A stretch of DNA of 64,000 nt, from positions 31,398 to 95,397 of the forward strand of contig CAKONK010000003.1 in NCBI GenBank assembly GCA_934097085.1, in the 5' to 3' direction. The translations under genes were made by a program, and so were the position numbers. The stretch is from an uncultured Bacilli bacterium. Its GTDB lineage: Bacteria > Bacillota_I > Bacilli_A > RF39 > UBA660. Below are positions 53,719 through 62,139 of this stretch, one piece after another. Under the pieces are notes generated by a model. The model was not told the DNA's origin. It saw only the letters and a list, made by a program, of their open reading frames with translations, and did not search any database. The number at the start of each line of letters is the position of its first letter. The first letter of the stretch is position 1.

Positions 53719-54186
53719 CTACCATCTATAGTGAGCAAATGCTTTATTAGCTTCTGCCATCTTATGAGTATCTTCTCTTTTTTTAACGGCTCCACCAACA
53801 CCTTTTGCAGCGTCCATGATTTCATTAGCTAAATTTACAGCCATGCCCTTTCCGTTTCTAAGTTTTGCATAATTAACAAGCCAACGAAGTGCTAACGCTT
53901 GACTTCTATCGTCAGAAATTTCGATTGGAACTTGGTAATTACTTCCACCAACTCTTCTTGATTTAACTTCAAGAGCTGGTCTAATATTTTCTAATGCTTT
54001 GTTATATACTTCAATTGGTTCTTCTTTAGTAGTTTTCTTAATTATATCAAATGCATCATATACAATAGTTTGAGCTGTTCCTTTTTTTCCGTCTTTCATA
54101 ATAGTATTAACAAGTCTTGTTACTACTTTTGAATTATAAACAGAATCTGGAAGAACATCTCTTTTTACTGCTCTTCTTTTACGCAT
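53719..54186 (-). CDS. rpsG: 30S ribosomal protein S7
   Basis: Typical S7 sequence ending AFAHYRW. Confidence 0.95.
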   Translation of the reverse strand: MRKRRAVKRDVLPDSVYNSKVVTRLVNTIMKDGKKGTAQTIVYDAFDIIKKTTKEEPIEVYNKALENIRPALEVKSRRVGGSNYQVPIEISDDRSQALALRWLVNYAKLRNGKGMAVNLANEIMDAAKGVGGAVKKREDTHKMAEANKAFAHYRW

Positions 54187-54211
54187 ACTTTTTTCTCCTT
54201 CTTTCTATTTA

Positions 54212-54619
54212 TTATTTTTTCTTTGTACCGTATTTACTTCTACCTTGTTTACGGTCTTCAACTCCACGAGTATCTAGTGTACCACGAACAATGTGATATC
54301 TAACACCGATTAGGTCTTTAACACGACCACCACGAACTAGTACTACGCTGTGTTCTTGTAAGTTATGTCCTTCACCTGGAATATATGCATCGATTTCTTT
54401 ACCGTTAGATAATCTAACACGAGCATATTTTCTTAAAGCTGAGTTTGGTTTTTTAGGTGTTTTAGTACCTACTCTTGTACAAACTCCTCTTTTTTGTGGA
54501 CTCTTATCGTTAGTTTGTTTTCTTTCAATAGTATTAAATCCTACGTTTAGAACTGGACTTTTACTTTTTCTAGTTTTTTTACCACGATTTTTCTTAACAA
54601 GTTGATTAATTGTTGGCAT
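54212..54619 (-). CDS. rpsL: 30S ribosomal protein S12
   Basis: MPTINQL...[10 protein letters not shown]. Confidence 0.95.
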   Translation of the reverse strand: MPTINQLVKKNRGKKTRKSKSPVLNVGFNTIERKQTNDKSPQKRGVCTRVGTKTPKKPNSALRKYARVRLSNGKEIDAYIPGEGHNLQEHSVVLVRGGRVKDLIGVRYHIVRGTLDTRGVEDRKQGRSKYGTKKK

Positions 54620-54716
54620 CTAATTTTTCCTCCTTCCATTAACACACACCCTGGTGTATCAAATTACCTATTAAATTAGGTTCTACTTAAATAGAACCCA
54701 ACAAAAATGCATAATT

Positions 54717-54746
54717 AATATATCAAAAAAATATGTGATTTGTCAA
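54717..54746 (-). promoter_or_regulatory. promoter of the rpsL-rpsG-fusA-tuf operon
   Basis: - strand TTGACA, 18 nt, TGaTATATT. Confidence 0.5.
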
Positions 54747-54770
54747 CAAAAAAGTGACATTTTTTACATA

Positions 54771-54890
54771 TTATCCTATAGAATTATATAATACATATAT
54801 ATAATAAGCCGCTATAAGTAAAAAAATTAATAAACATGCACTTATTATAAGCATAGTATTTAAACCCCATCCTTTATTATTTAACTTCAT
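54771..54890 (-). CDS. 39-aa hydrophobic micro-protein; not in ORF track
   Basis: ATGA start/stop overlap with the upstream 105-aa ORF. Product MKLNNKGWGLNTMLIISACLLIFLLIAAYYIYVLYNSIG (one TM segment). Confidence 0.35.
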   Translation of the reverse strand: MKLNNKGWGLNTMLIISACLLIFLLIAAYYIYVLYNSIG

Positions 54891-55204
54891 TTGTTCCTTT
54901 CTAAATCTCTATCAAAAGATGTAAAAAACATAGTAAACTCTCTTGCATCAACAATTTTTGTATTTTTTAAATAATATTCTTTATATTTATAAAATAAGCC
55001 ATAACATACTTTAGCATCTTCTTTATCATTTTCACTAATATTTTTACTATTTAAACATACTAATGGCGTTTTATCAGTTTTAACACGATAATATTCATAT
55101 ATTGTAAAAGAAAACAAACATATAAAAACAATCATTACTATTAATAATATTTTCTTTATTAATTTTACTTTCTTTACTACTTTTTCATTGCTATCATATT
55201 CCAT
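54887..55204 (-). CDS. 105-aa single-pass membrane protein, unknown function
   Basis: Start MEYDSNEK. TM segment ILLIVMIVFICLFSFTIY. Confidence 0.55.
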   Translation of the reverse strand: MEYDSNEKVVKKVKLIKKILLIVMIVFICLFSFTIYEYYRVKTDKTPLVCLNSKNISENDKEDAKVCYGLFYKYKEYYLKNTKIVDAREFTMFFTSFDRDLERNK

Positions 55205-55285
55205 AACTATCAACCACCATATTAAGTATATGATATTTTAAGAATTTTTTCAATATAATTAAAAAAAGCCATAAGGCTTTTCAAA

Positions 55286-55651
55286 TTACGCTAGTTCTAC
55301 TTCAGCGCCAGCTTCAGTTAATTGAGCTTTAATTGCTTCAGCATCAGCAGCAGGAATATTTTCTTTAATATTTCCACCTTTATCAGCTAAACCTTTTGCT
55401 TCAACTAATCCTAAACCAGTAAGTTCTTTAATGATCTTAATAACTGCAATTTTGTTTCCACCAGCATTTTTAAGTACAACAGTTTTAGTACTTGGTCCTT
55501 CTTCTTTTGCTTCAGCAGGTGCAGCAGCAACAGCTACAGCAGAAGGGTCAACACCAAATTCTTCTTTCATTGCATCAACTAATTCTTTAACTTCAAGAAT
55601 AGTCATTTCTTTTAATGAACTAATAAATTCATCTCTTGTTAATTTTGCCAT
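55286..55651 (-). CDS. rplL: 50S ribosomal protein L7/L12
   Basis: Ala-rich hinge plus C-terminal LVEAKGLADK... Confidence 0.95.
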   Translation of the reverse strand: MAKLTRDEFISSLKEMTILEVKELVDAMKEEFGVDPSAVAVAAAPAEAKEEGPSTKTVVLKNAGGNKIAVIKIIKELTGLGLVEAKGLADKGGNIKENIPAADAEAIKAQLTEAGAEVELA

Positions 55652-56151
55652 TAATTTTCCTCTCCTTCCATTTTTTCGGCATAAAGATTAAGCGCAATAC
55701 TTAAATCTTTTACATAAGCAATCATTCCACTTGCAAGCATTGTTAATAGTCCTTCTCTTGATGGAATTGATGCGTATTCTTTAATTACATTCTTATCTGC
55801 AACTTTACCACTTATAACACCAACACGAATGTCTAGTTTATTGTGATCTTTTGCATATTTAGAAATAATCTTAATTGGTTCTAATAAATCAGTACCAAAT
55901 AAAATAGCATTAGGTCCTTCAAGGAATTCATCGATATTAATATCAAGACTATCACAAGCAAGTTTTAACATAGTATTTTTATATACTCTAACTTCACTAT
56001 TAACTTCTTTTAATTGATTACGAAGTTCAGTAAGTTCGCTTACAGTAAGTCCTTGATATGCAAAAATAATAACTGATTCACTATTTTTAATCTTATCAAC
56101 GATTTCGCTTACAATTTGCTTTTTTTCATTTAGAATTTTTTCGCTTGCCAT
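55651..56151 (-). CDS. rplJ: 50S ribosomal protein L10
   Basis: Typical L10 sequence. 1-nt overlap with rplL. Confidence 0.95.
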   Translation of the reverse strand: MASEKILNEKKQIVSEIVDKIKNSESVIIFAYQGLTVSELTELRNQLKEVNSEVRVYKNTMLKLACDSLDINIDEFLEGPNAILFGTDLLEPIKIISKYAKDHNKLDIRVGVISGKVADKNVIKEYASIPSREGLLTMLASGMIAYVKDLSIALNLYAEKMEGEEN

Positions 56152-56272
56152 TTTTCCTCCTTATTTATTTTTAGAAAAAACTTCCCATGGGGAAGCTTTA
56201 AAAGATAACTTTCCCCTCGGTAGGAAATTAAGCCTTTTGGGCACCTACTGTCTTTGGCTCTCGTTTTTTCTA
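56152..56272 (-). promoter_or_regulatory. ribosomal protein L10 leader (autoregulatory RNA with attenuator hairpin)
   Basis: - strand CCAAAGACAGTAGGTGCCCAAAAGGCTTAATTTCCTACCGAGGGGAAAG, resembling the Firmicute L10 leader as I recall it. It is followed by AAGCTTCCCCATGGGAAGTTTTTT and then the RBS. Confidence 0.6.
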
Positions 56273-56278
56273 ATTGCT

Positions 56279-56307
56279 ATTATAATACACTTTTAACTAA
56301 AAGTCAA
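56279..56307 (-). promoter_or_regulatory. internal promoter for rplJL
   Basis: - strand TTGACT (within the last rplA codons), 17 nt, TATAAT. Confidence 0.6.
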
Positions 56308-56995
56308 AAGAATTTTTATCTACTTTAATTCCAGGACCCATTGTAGATGAAATACTAATTCCTTGTACAAAAGTTCCTTTTACTGAAGTAGGTTTACTTT
56401 TAGATATAGTGGATACAACATATTTTAAATTTTCAAGTAATGCTGTTTCAGTAAATGATGCTTTACCAATAATAGTATGAATATTACCATAACTATCAGT
56501 TCTATATTCAATCATACCTTTTTTGATATCATTTATTACTGTATCAACTTTTGGAGTAACTGTTCCAGTTTTAGGATTTGGCATTAAACCTCTTGGTCCT
56601 AAAATATTACCAATTTTTCCAACTTCAGGCATCATTTCTGGTGTAGCAACGATAATGTCAAAATCAAACCAGTTTTCAGTTTTAATTTTGTCAATTAAAT
56701 CTTTGTCACCAACATAGTCAGCACCTAACTCTTTTGCTACTTTAGCTTGTTCACCTTTAGCAAGTACTAAAATCTTTTTAGATTTTCCACTTCCGTTTGG
56801 TAATACAAGTGATCCACGAAGCATTTGATCTGCTTTTTTAGGATCTACATTAAGTTTAATAGCAACATCAATTGTACTATCAAACTTAGTAACATTAGTT
56901 TCTTTTACAAGTTTAACTGCATCAGTAGCGCTGTAAAGCGTATTCTTTTCAACTTTTTTTGATGCTTCCACATATTTTTTTCCAAACTTTTTCAT
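56297..56995 (-). CDS. rplA: 50S ribosomal protein L1
   Basis: Typical L1 sequence, 232 aa. Confidence 0.95.
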   Translation of the reverse strand: MKKFGKKYVEASKKVEKNTLYSATDAVKLVKETNVTKFDSTIDVAIKLNVDPKKADQMLRGSLVLPNGSGKSKKILVLAKGEQAKVAKELGADYVGDKDLIDKIKTENWFDFDIIVATPEMMPEVGKIGNILGPRGLMPNPKTGTVTPKVDTVINDIKKGMIEYRTDSYGNIHTIIGKASFTETALLENLKYVVSTISKSKPTSVKGTFVQGISISSTMGPGIKVDKNSFDF

Positions 56996-57045
56996 TTTTT
57001 TCCTCCTAACTGTGGTTTATTAGCGGATTATTAAATAATATAAAA

Positions 57046-57645
57046 TTATTCTTGATTATTTTCTTCTTCGTTATTTTTTTCGTTAATAACTTCAACATTT
57101 GATGCATCATGTTCACTTTGTGCTTCAGCTTCCATTTCTGCAAGCATTTCATCACGTTTTGCTCTTTCAGCTTCTTCAGCTTTTGCTTCAGCAGCTTGTT
57201 CAGCAAGTTCAGCATCATTTACACCTTTAACTGCAATACCCATATTTCTAGCTGTACCTTCAATAATTTTCATTGCGCTTTCAACATCGTATGCATTTAA
57301 ATCTGGAAGTTTTGTTTCAGCTATTTTTCTTAAATCTTCCTTACTAATAGTAGCAACTATTTCATTAGCTCCCTTACTACTAGCTTTTTGTAATTTAGCA
57401 GCCTTCTTTAATAAGAATGCAGCAGGTGGAGTTTTAAGAACGAATGTAAATGAACGATCATCATAAATTGATATTTCACAAGGAACTACATCACCCATTT
57501 TATCACGAGTTGCTTCATTAAACTTTGAACAAAAATCTTGTAGATTAACTCCTGCAGGTCCTAAAACAGTTCCAACTGGTGGAGCTGGTGTAGCTTTTCC
57601 TGCTTCAAGTTGTAATTTAATTTTCTTTACGACTTCTTTTGCCAC
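57046..57645 (-). CDS. rplK: 50S ribosomal protein L11 with ~58-aa acidic C-terminal extension
   Basis: GTG start after AGGAGGTG. (M)[29 protein letters not shown]...[15 protein letters not shown] is the normal L11 sequence. It then continues [58 protein letters not shown]. Confidence 0.9.
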   Translation of the reverse strand: MAKEVVKKIKLQLEAGKATPAPPVGTVLGPAGVNLQDFCSKFNEATRDKMGDVVPCEISIYDDRSFTFVLKTPPAAFLLKKAAKLQKASSKGANEIVATISKEDLRKIAETKLPDLNAYDVESAMKIIEGTARNMGIAVKGVNDAELAEQAAEAKAEEAERAKRDEMLAEMEAEAQSEHDASNVEVINEKNNEEENNQE

Positions 57646-57811
57646 GAAAAACACCTCCTATAAATATTATTCGAGTAAGTGGTATGGGCATCCGCTTTCC
57701 CCTCCACTTAAGCAATAAATCAATTGCTATCAATGATAATACCATATAATCCACAGTTTTACAAGCAAAATGTGTTACTTTTTTCACAAAAATAGCCTCT
57801 TTTCTAAATAG

Positions 57812-57850
57812 AAAAAAAATATGGAACAAATTTATCAACTCATTCCATAT
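57812..57850 (-). terminator. terminator after surface-protein paralog 2
   Basis: - strand ATATGGAA - 16 nt - TTCCATAT followed by T8. Confidence 0.6.
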
Positions 57851-57863
57851 TTACTAATAAATT

Positions 57864-59432
57864 TCAACTCACTGTATAAACATCATTCCAGGTTCCATCG
57901 CCAGATAATTTTACTGAAGAAGATAAACTAATAACAGGGCGGATTCCATACTCAACATTAAGCACCCTATTATAATCCAACTGTCCTGATGATGTAGCAA
58001 AAAAATCATAAGGTCTTGAGGACCATCCAACAAAATAAGTTGGTGATCCGGTCCAATAATATTGACTAGTATATAAATAATAAGAACTATTATTTATAGC
58101 ATCAACTCCTCCAGCCATTGCTACTTCATCCGCTGTTATTAAACCTACTGAATATTTCAACGCTCTATTTCCATTACTAGTATTAACAGTAAATTTATCA
58201 CTAGTTGTTGTACAATTTAATTTTGGAGTTTTATAAGTTATTAATCTTACATATGGTCCATAATAATAATCCGTACTTGTACTCATACTTCCGCTTATTT
58301 CTCCTGGAGTTCCACTTTCACTTGTTGTAGCGCTTCTGTCATTACAGAATATTTGATCTGCTAATAAGCTTTTTGTTGTCGCATCTGTTTCTAATGTTGT
58401 TGTTTTATACCAATTATCTATTGCTGTTTTTATTGTACTTGAGGTGCTAGTTCCATGTTGCTGACCTTCTGTAAACATATATCCTACATATGATGGATTA
58501 TTATAACTACTATTAAAGGGACTTGTTCCTATTTGAGTTCCTATTCCTGTCATCACTGTTGATGTACTACTATTTGGTGCAGTTGTACCAGAATATATTA
58601 TTCTTATTGAACCATCCCCATTTATTCTGATTATTCGCCAATAAATTTCATTACCACTTCTATCTTTACCAAATTTTACCCAGTTATTATTTACTGCTCC
58701 TCTGAAATAATAACTTGTACCTAGATCATCCTCGGCTGCATACATTCCTTCATTGGTTGTGGAAACTATGCTAAAACTTGGTATACCTTTTCCTTTTATA
58801 TAGTTTATTGCAGCATCTACTGTTGTTGCACCTCCACCATTATTTATAAGGATTGTTTGATAACCTTTCTTTTCTAAATCTATTATATCTGATACGGTTT
58901 TATTACCACTACTATCTTTTACCCATATGTAATATGTTCCTTCAGTTGTTATTGTAATATTTAAGTTATAAGATGTTCCACTTATTGATGTCCAACTTAA
59001 TGGCTCTACTGTATTACTTGTACTTATTCCATAACCAGATAATTCTATATTATCTGTAAGTATTGCAGTTATGGTTGTATCATTAACCGTTAAATTATTT
59101 ATAACCGGATTTTCTGTATCTATTATTTTATCAAAGTATAATGAACATCTATCACTACCAAGAAAACTAAATCCTATTTGTCCTGTAGAATTATTATAGC
59201 TTACTACTTTACCTCCGTTTTCACATATTGTTTTTTTCTCATTTAAAACATAGTAACCTCTAGGTATTACATCTGAACTTACATAATCGCCAGAATCTTC
59301 CTTTACCATTATTGCTAAATTGCTTTGTCTTTTCCTTTTAGTTTCTTCATTTTTATTATTATACATAAAATTTAATACTACTACCACTATAACAATAAAT
59401 ACGAACAAACCAATTTTTATTTTTTTCTTCAT
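57864..59432 (-). CDS. large N-terminally anchored surface protein, paralog 2
   Basis: Start MKKKIKIGLFVFIV. Shares the C-terminal blocks with the 43412..45064 product: DDLGTSYYFRGAVNNNWVKFG..IYWRIIRINGDGSIRIIYSG, DQIFCNDRSA, VGLITADEVAMAGG, RPVISLSS..YTVS. Confidence 0.7.
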   Translation of the reverse strand: MKKKIKIGLFVFIVIVVVVLNFMYNNKNEETKRKRQSNLAIMVKEDSGDYVSSDVIPRGYYVLNEKKTICENGGKVVSYNNSTGQIGFSFLGSDRCSLYFDKIIDTENPVINNLTVNDTTITAILTDNIELSGYGISTSNTVEPLSWTSISGTSYNLNITITTEGTYYIWVKDSSGNKTVSDIIDLEKKGYQTILINNGGGATTVDAAINYIKGKGIPSFSIVSTTNEGMYAAEDDLGTSYYFRGAVNNNWVKFGKDRSGNEIYWRIIRINGDGSIRIIYSGTTAPNSSTSTVMTGIGTQIGTSPFNSSYNNPSYVGYMFTEGQQHGTSTSSTIKTAIDNWYKTTTLETDATTKSLLADQIFCNDRSATTSESGTPGEISGSMSTSTDYYYGPYVRLITYKTPKLNCTTTSDKFTVNTSNGNRALKYSVGLITADEVAMAGGVDAINNSSYYLYTSQYYWTGSPTYFVGWSSRPYDFFATSSGQLDYNRVLNVEYGIRPVISLSSSVKLSGDGTWNDVYTVS

Positions 59433-59781
59433 AACTACCCCAATCCCACATAAATAGGCATCTTGATTTTCGTAAATTATAAACTTATGAGAAATTTCAA
59501 GTACCAATTTTCGTTATTAGTACTTGAAAAAATGACAAAAAAATGATTAAATTATATTGAAAGTAGCGTAAATACGGATGGAAATTTTCTTAAATGTTTA
59601 TAATATAAGAAAATACGAACTAGATAAATGCTAGGTTTGTGAGCATTTTAAATATTTTTTTTAATATGATTATTTAGATAAAAAAATTGCAAAAAAATAT
59701 TGACACTTTTATAAAAAATAATCAAAAAGTTATTGGTATAATTTGCTTTTTATGGTATCATATAATAGAAGGTAGATGATT

Positions 59782-60873
59782 ATGGGAAAATTTTTTAATG
59801 GAAATGTAAAAACTTCGAAATCAACAATGATTAAAATAGCAATTGTTGCGGTGTGCGCTGTACTTATTATAGTAATATTGATTGTACTTAATAAACACAA
59901 AAATCCCCAGCGAGCGAATTTAAAACTATATAACAATTTAGATGTGGAGATTAATAGTGAAAAACCAGATACAATGGATTTCTTCTCCGTATTTGATAAT
60001 TACGATATAAACAAAGTTAAAGTAACTTACCCTGATGACTTTAGCACAAAAGTTGTCGGAACTTATGAGGTTACAATAACCATCGAAGGAAAAGATTATA
60101 CAACTAAAATTAATGTATATGATGATAAAGCACCTGACCTTGAGGTTAAAGACTTTGAAATAGAAGCAGGTAAAAGATATTATGTTGAGGACTTTGTAGA
60201 AAGTTGTTCAGACAATTCTGGTGAAGCATGTACAATTGAGTATTATGCAGATTCAAAAGACCAAGATGGTAATACAATAGATTATTCAAAATACACCGAG
60301 GTAGGAAACTATTTAATTAAAATTATTGCTAAAGACGATAATGGTAATGTCACAGAACCAAAAAGCGTTAATTTAAAACTAACTGATGAAAACGGTAATG
60401 TTACAGACCCTGATCCGGATCCAATTCCGGGGCCTACACCAGACCCAACAGTGGAATGTAAATATGGTGATTTAAGTTATAATGATAAAATATATACTCA
60501 TCCAATAGCTGTCATAGTTGGAGATGAACAAAATAATTGTGCACTTAATCGTGACTTATGGGACAATGAAGATGTTCAAAAACCTGTTGTAGAATTATAT
60601 AAAAGAGATTTAGAAAAACTTAAAACGGATTTTGGTAAAATATATGAAACTAAGTATCCAAATGGTGCCCATACATATATTTACCAAGACTTTAAAGCTG
60701 TATTAAATAATGATAATACTGGACTTGTTGGTTATATGGTTTATGTTAAACTTTATGCCACAGAAGCAAATTTAAGTATTGATAAAAGTACTACTGAAAA
60801 TTTAATCGCAGAGTATTATTTAAAAGCAGATGGAAGTAGAGAATATATTCAAAATCCATACAATATAAACTAG
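59782..60873 (+). CDS. membrane-anchored Ig-like-repeat protein with Pro/Asp linker
   Basis: TM segment IAIVAVCAVLIIVILIVL. Two DUF5011-like segments (GTYEVTITIEGKDY..; GNYLIKIIAKDDNGN). DPDPDPIPGPTPDP linker. Confidence 0.65.
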   Translation: MGKFFNGNVKTSKSTMIKIAIVAVCAVLIIVILIVLNKHKNPQRANLKLYNNLDVEINSEKPDTMDFFSVFDNYDINKVKVTYPDDFSTKVVGTYEVTITIEGKDYTTKINVYDDKAPDLEVKDFEIEAGKRYYVEDFVESCSDNSGEACTIEYYADSKDQDGNTIDYSKYTEVGNYLIKIIAKDDNGNVTEPKSVNLKLTDENGNVTDPDPDPIPGPTPDPTVECKYGDLSYNDKIYTHPIAVIVGDEQNNCALNRDLWDNEDVQKPVVELYKRDLEKLKTDFGKIYETKYPNGAHTYIYQDFKAVLNNDNTGLVGYMVYVKLYATEANLSIDKSTTENLIAEYYLKADGSREYIQNPYNIN

Positions 60874-60916
60874 TGAAAACTAGTTTTTTTGTGCCATAAA
60901 AAAAGTTCCCAAGGAA

Positions 60917-61471
60917 CTATTTTTGTTTTTTTCTTGAAAAATACATAAGACTTCCGATACCACCAACTAAAACAGCTAAAATAACAACTGTAATAATTGT
61001 ATCATTGCTATGTTCATTCTCAGTAGAAGTATTATTACCAATTAAAGGTGCAACAATATCTTCATAGTCTTCATTTTCATAAGCTTTTTTAATTGCTTTC
61101 TTGATATCTTCATCAAAACCTGATTGATACCCATTCCAAGATGCTTCATTACCAATTACAATATAAGGAACTCCATTAACTTTATCTCCACGTTTTTCAG
61201 CTACACTATCCATTGCTTTTTTTAAATTTTGTTCTGCATTCCATTCGGCATCATATACTTCATAAACAACTAAATTAAAATATTTACCATATTCATCAGT
61301 AATACTATTTAAGAATGTTTTAGCCTTTTCACAATAAGGACAACCATCTTTAGTAAATACATAAACATTGATTTTTTCTTTAGGTGTTTCTTTAGGTGTT
61401 TCTTCAGCAGCTTTTACATTAAGCATTGATAATGATAAAGCACATAATATTCCTATTAATAACTTCTTCAT
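60917..61471 (-). CDS. exported glutaredoxin/thioredoxin-fold protein (CPYC) with C-terminal TM anchor
   Basis: Signal peptide MKKLLIGILCALSLSMLNVKA. DGCPYCEKAKTFL. C-terminal IITVVILAVLVGGIGSLMYF. Confidence 0.7.
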   Translation of the reverse strand: MKKLLIGILCALSLSMLNVKAAEETPKETPKEKINVYVFTKDGCPYCEKAKTFLNSITDEYGKYFNLVVYEVYDAEWNAEQNLKKAMDSVAEKRGDKVNGVPYIVIGNEASWNGYQSGFDEDIKKAIKKAYENEDYEDIVAPLIGNNTSTENEHSNDTIITVVILAVLVGGIGSLMYFSRKKQK

Positions 61472-61505
61472 TTTACCTCCTACAAAAATTATACAATAAA
61501 GATTA

Positions 61506-62054
61506 TTATTTAACAAGATTTTTATATATTTTTACGAGTCTAATCATGATTTTCTCTTCATCTAATTTAATTTGGTTTGTAGCAATTAATGTAGCAAGAC
61601 CATTTGAATAAAGCCACATATGTAAAAATAACTCTTTAGCCTCTTCAAAAGAAAAACCATGTTTATTTACTAAATTTATAATTGTAGATTGATTCCATTT
61701 TTCATCAAAAACATCTTCGATTTTTTTCCACTTTAAATTATCTGATAAAAATAGACTGCAAAATAAATTTTTATAATCGTTAGCAAATTCAACATAGGCA
61801 ATACAAAGAGTTAATAATGCCTTTTTACTATCGATTTTACTATTAATAAATTCATCATATTGCCTGTTAATTTCTATTAAGACATCTTTTTTAATCTCAT
61901 CCATATTACTATAAATTCGATACAAAGGTTTTGTACTAATTCCTAAATACTTTGCTAAACTTCTTGCATTAAGGTTAGTCCACCCATCATCATTTATTAA
62001 CTTAACTGCTCCCTTTACGATATTTTCTTTGGTTATCAATAATGCTTTTGCCAT
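61506..62054 (-). CDS. TetR-family transcriptional regulator
   Basis: N-terminal HTH NARSLAKYLGISTKPLYRIYSNMDEI. Confidence 0.8.
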   Translation of the reverse strand: MAKALLITKENIVKGAVKLINDDGWTNLNARSLAKYLGISTKPLYRIYSNMDEIKKDVLIEINRQYDEFINSKIDSKKALLTLCIAYVEFANDYKNLFCSLFLSDNLKWKKIEDVFDEKWNQSTIINLVNKHGFSFEEAKELFLHMWLYSNGLATLIATNQIKLDEEKIMIRLVKIYKNLVK

Positions 62055-62139
62055 TTTTTATCACCCCACTTATATGATAACTTATGTTTTCATTATAGCA
62101 TACATTTTTTTGATTTTAAAGTACTAAAAAAGGAGAAAT

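Noticed and set aside
50406-57654. Numerous antisense or nested ORFs within tuf, fusA, rplL, rplA and rplK (51294..51491, 52125..52307, 53093..53284, 55431..55691, 56523..56717, 57006..57218, 57109..57300)
   Set aside because: Each lies wholly inside a highly conserved translation gene on the opposite strand or in another frame, and none has an RBS. They are typical shadow ORFs.
57617-57838. 73-aa - strand ORF upstream of rplK
   Set aside because: It spans the rplK promoter, leader and RBS, and overlaps the rplK start out of frame. It has no RBS.
59508-59775. Possible sRNA or terminator (AAATGCT..AGCATTT plus a T-run) in the divergent intergenic region
   Set aside because: I could not pair it with a convincing promoter, and several overlapping -10-like boxes make any call arbitrary in this AT-rich spacer.
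59730-59936. 68-aa - strand ORF
   Set aside because: It is antisense to the start of the 59782..60873 gene and its promoter. It is hydrophobic only because it mirrors the complement of a TM-coding segment.
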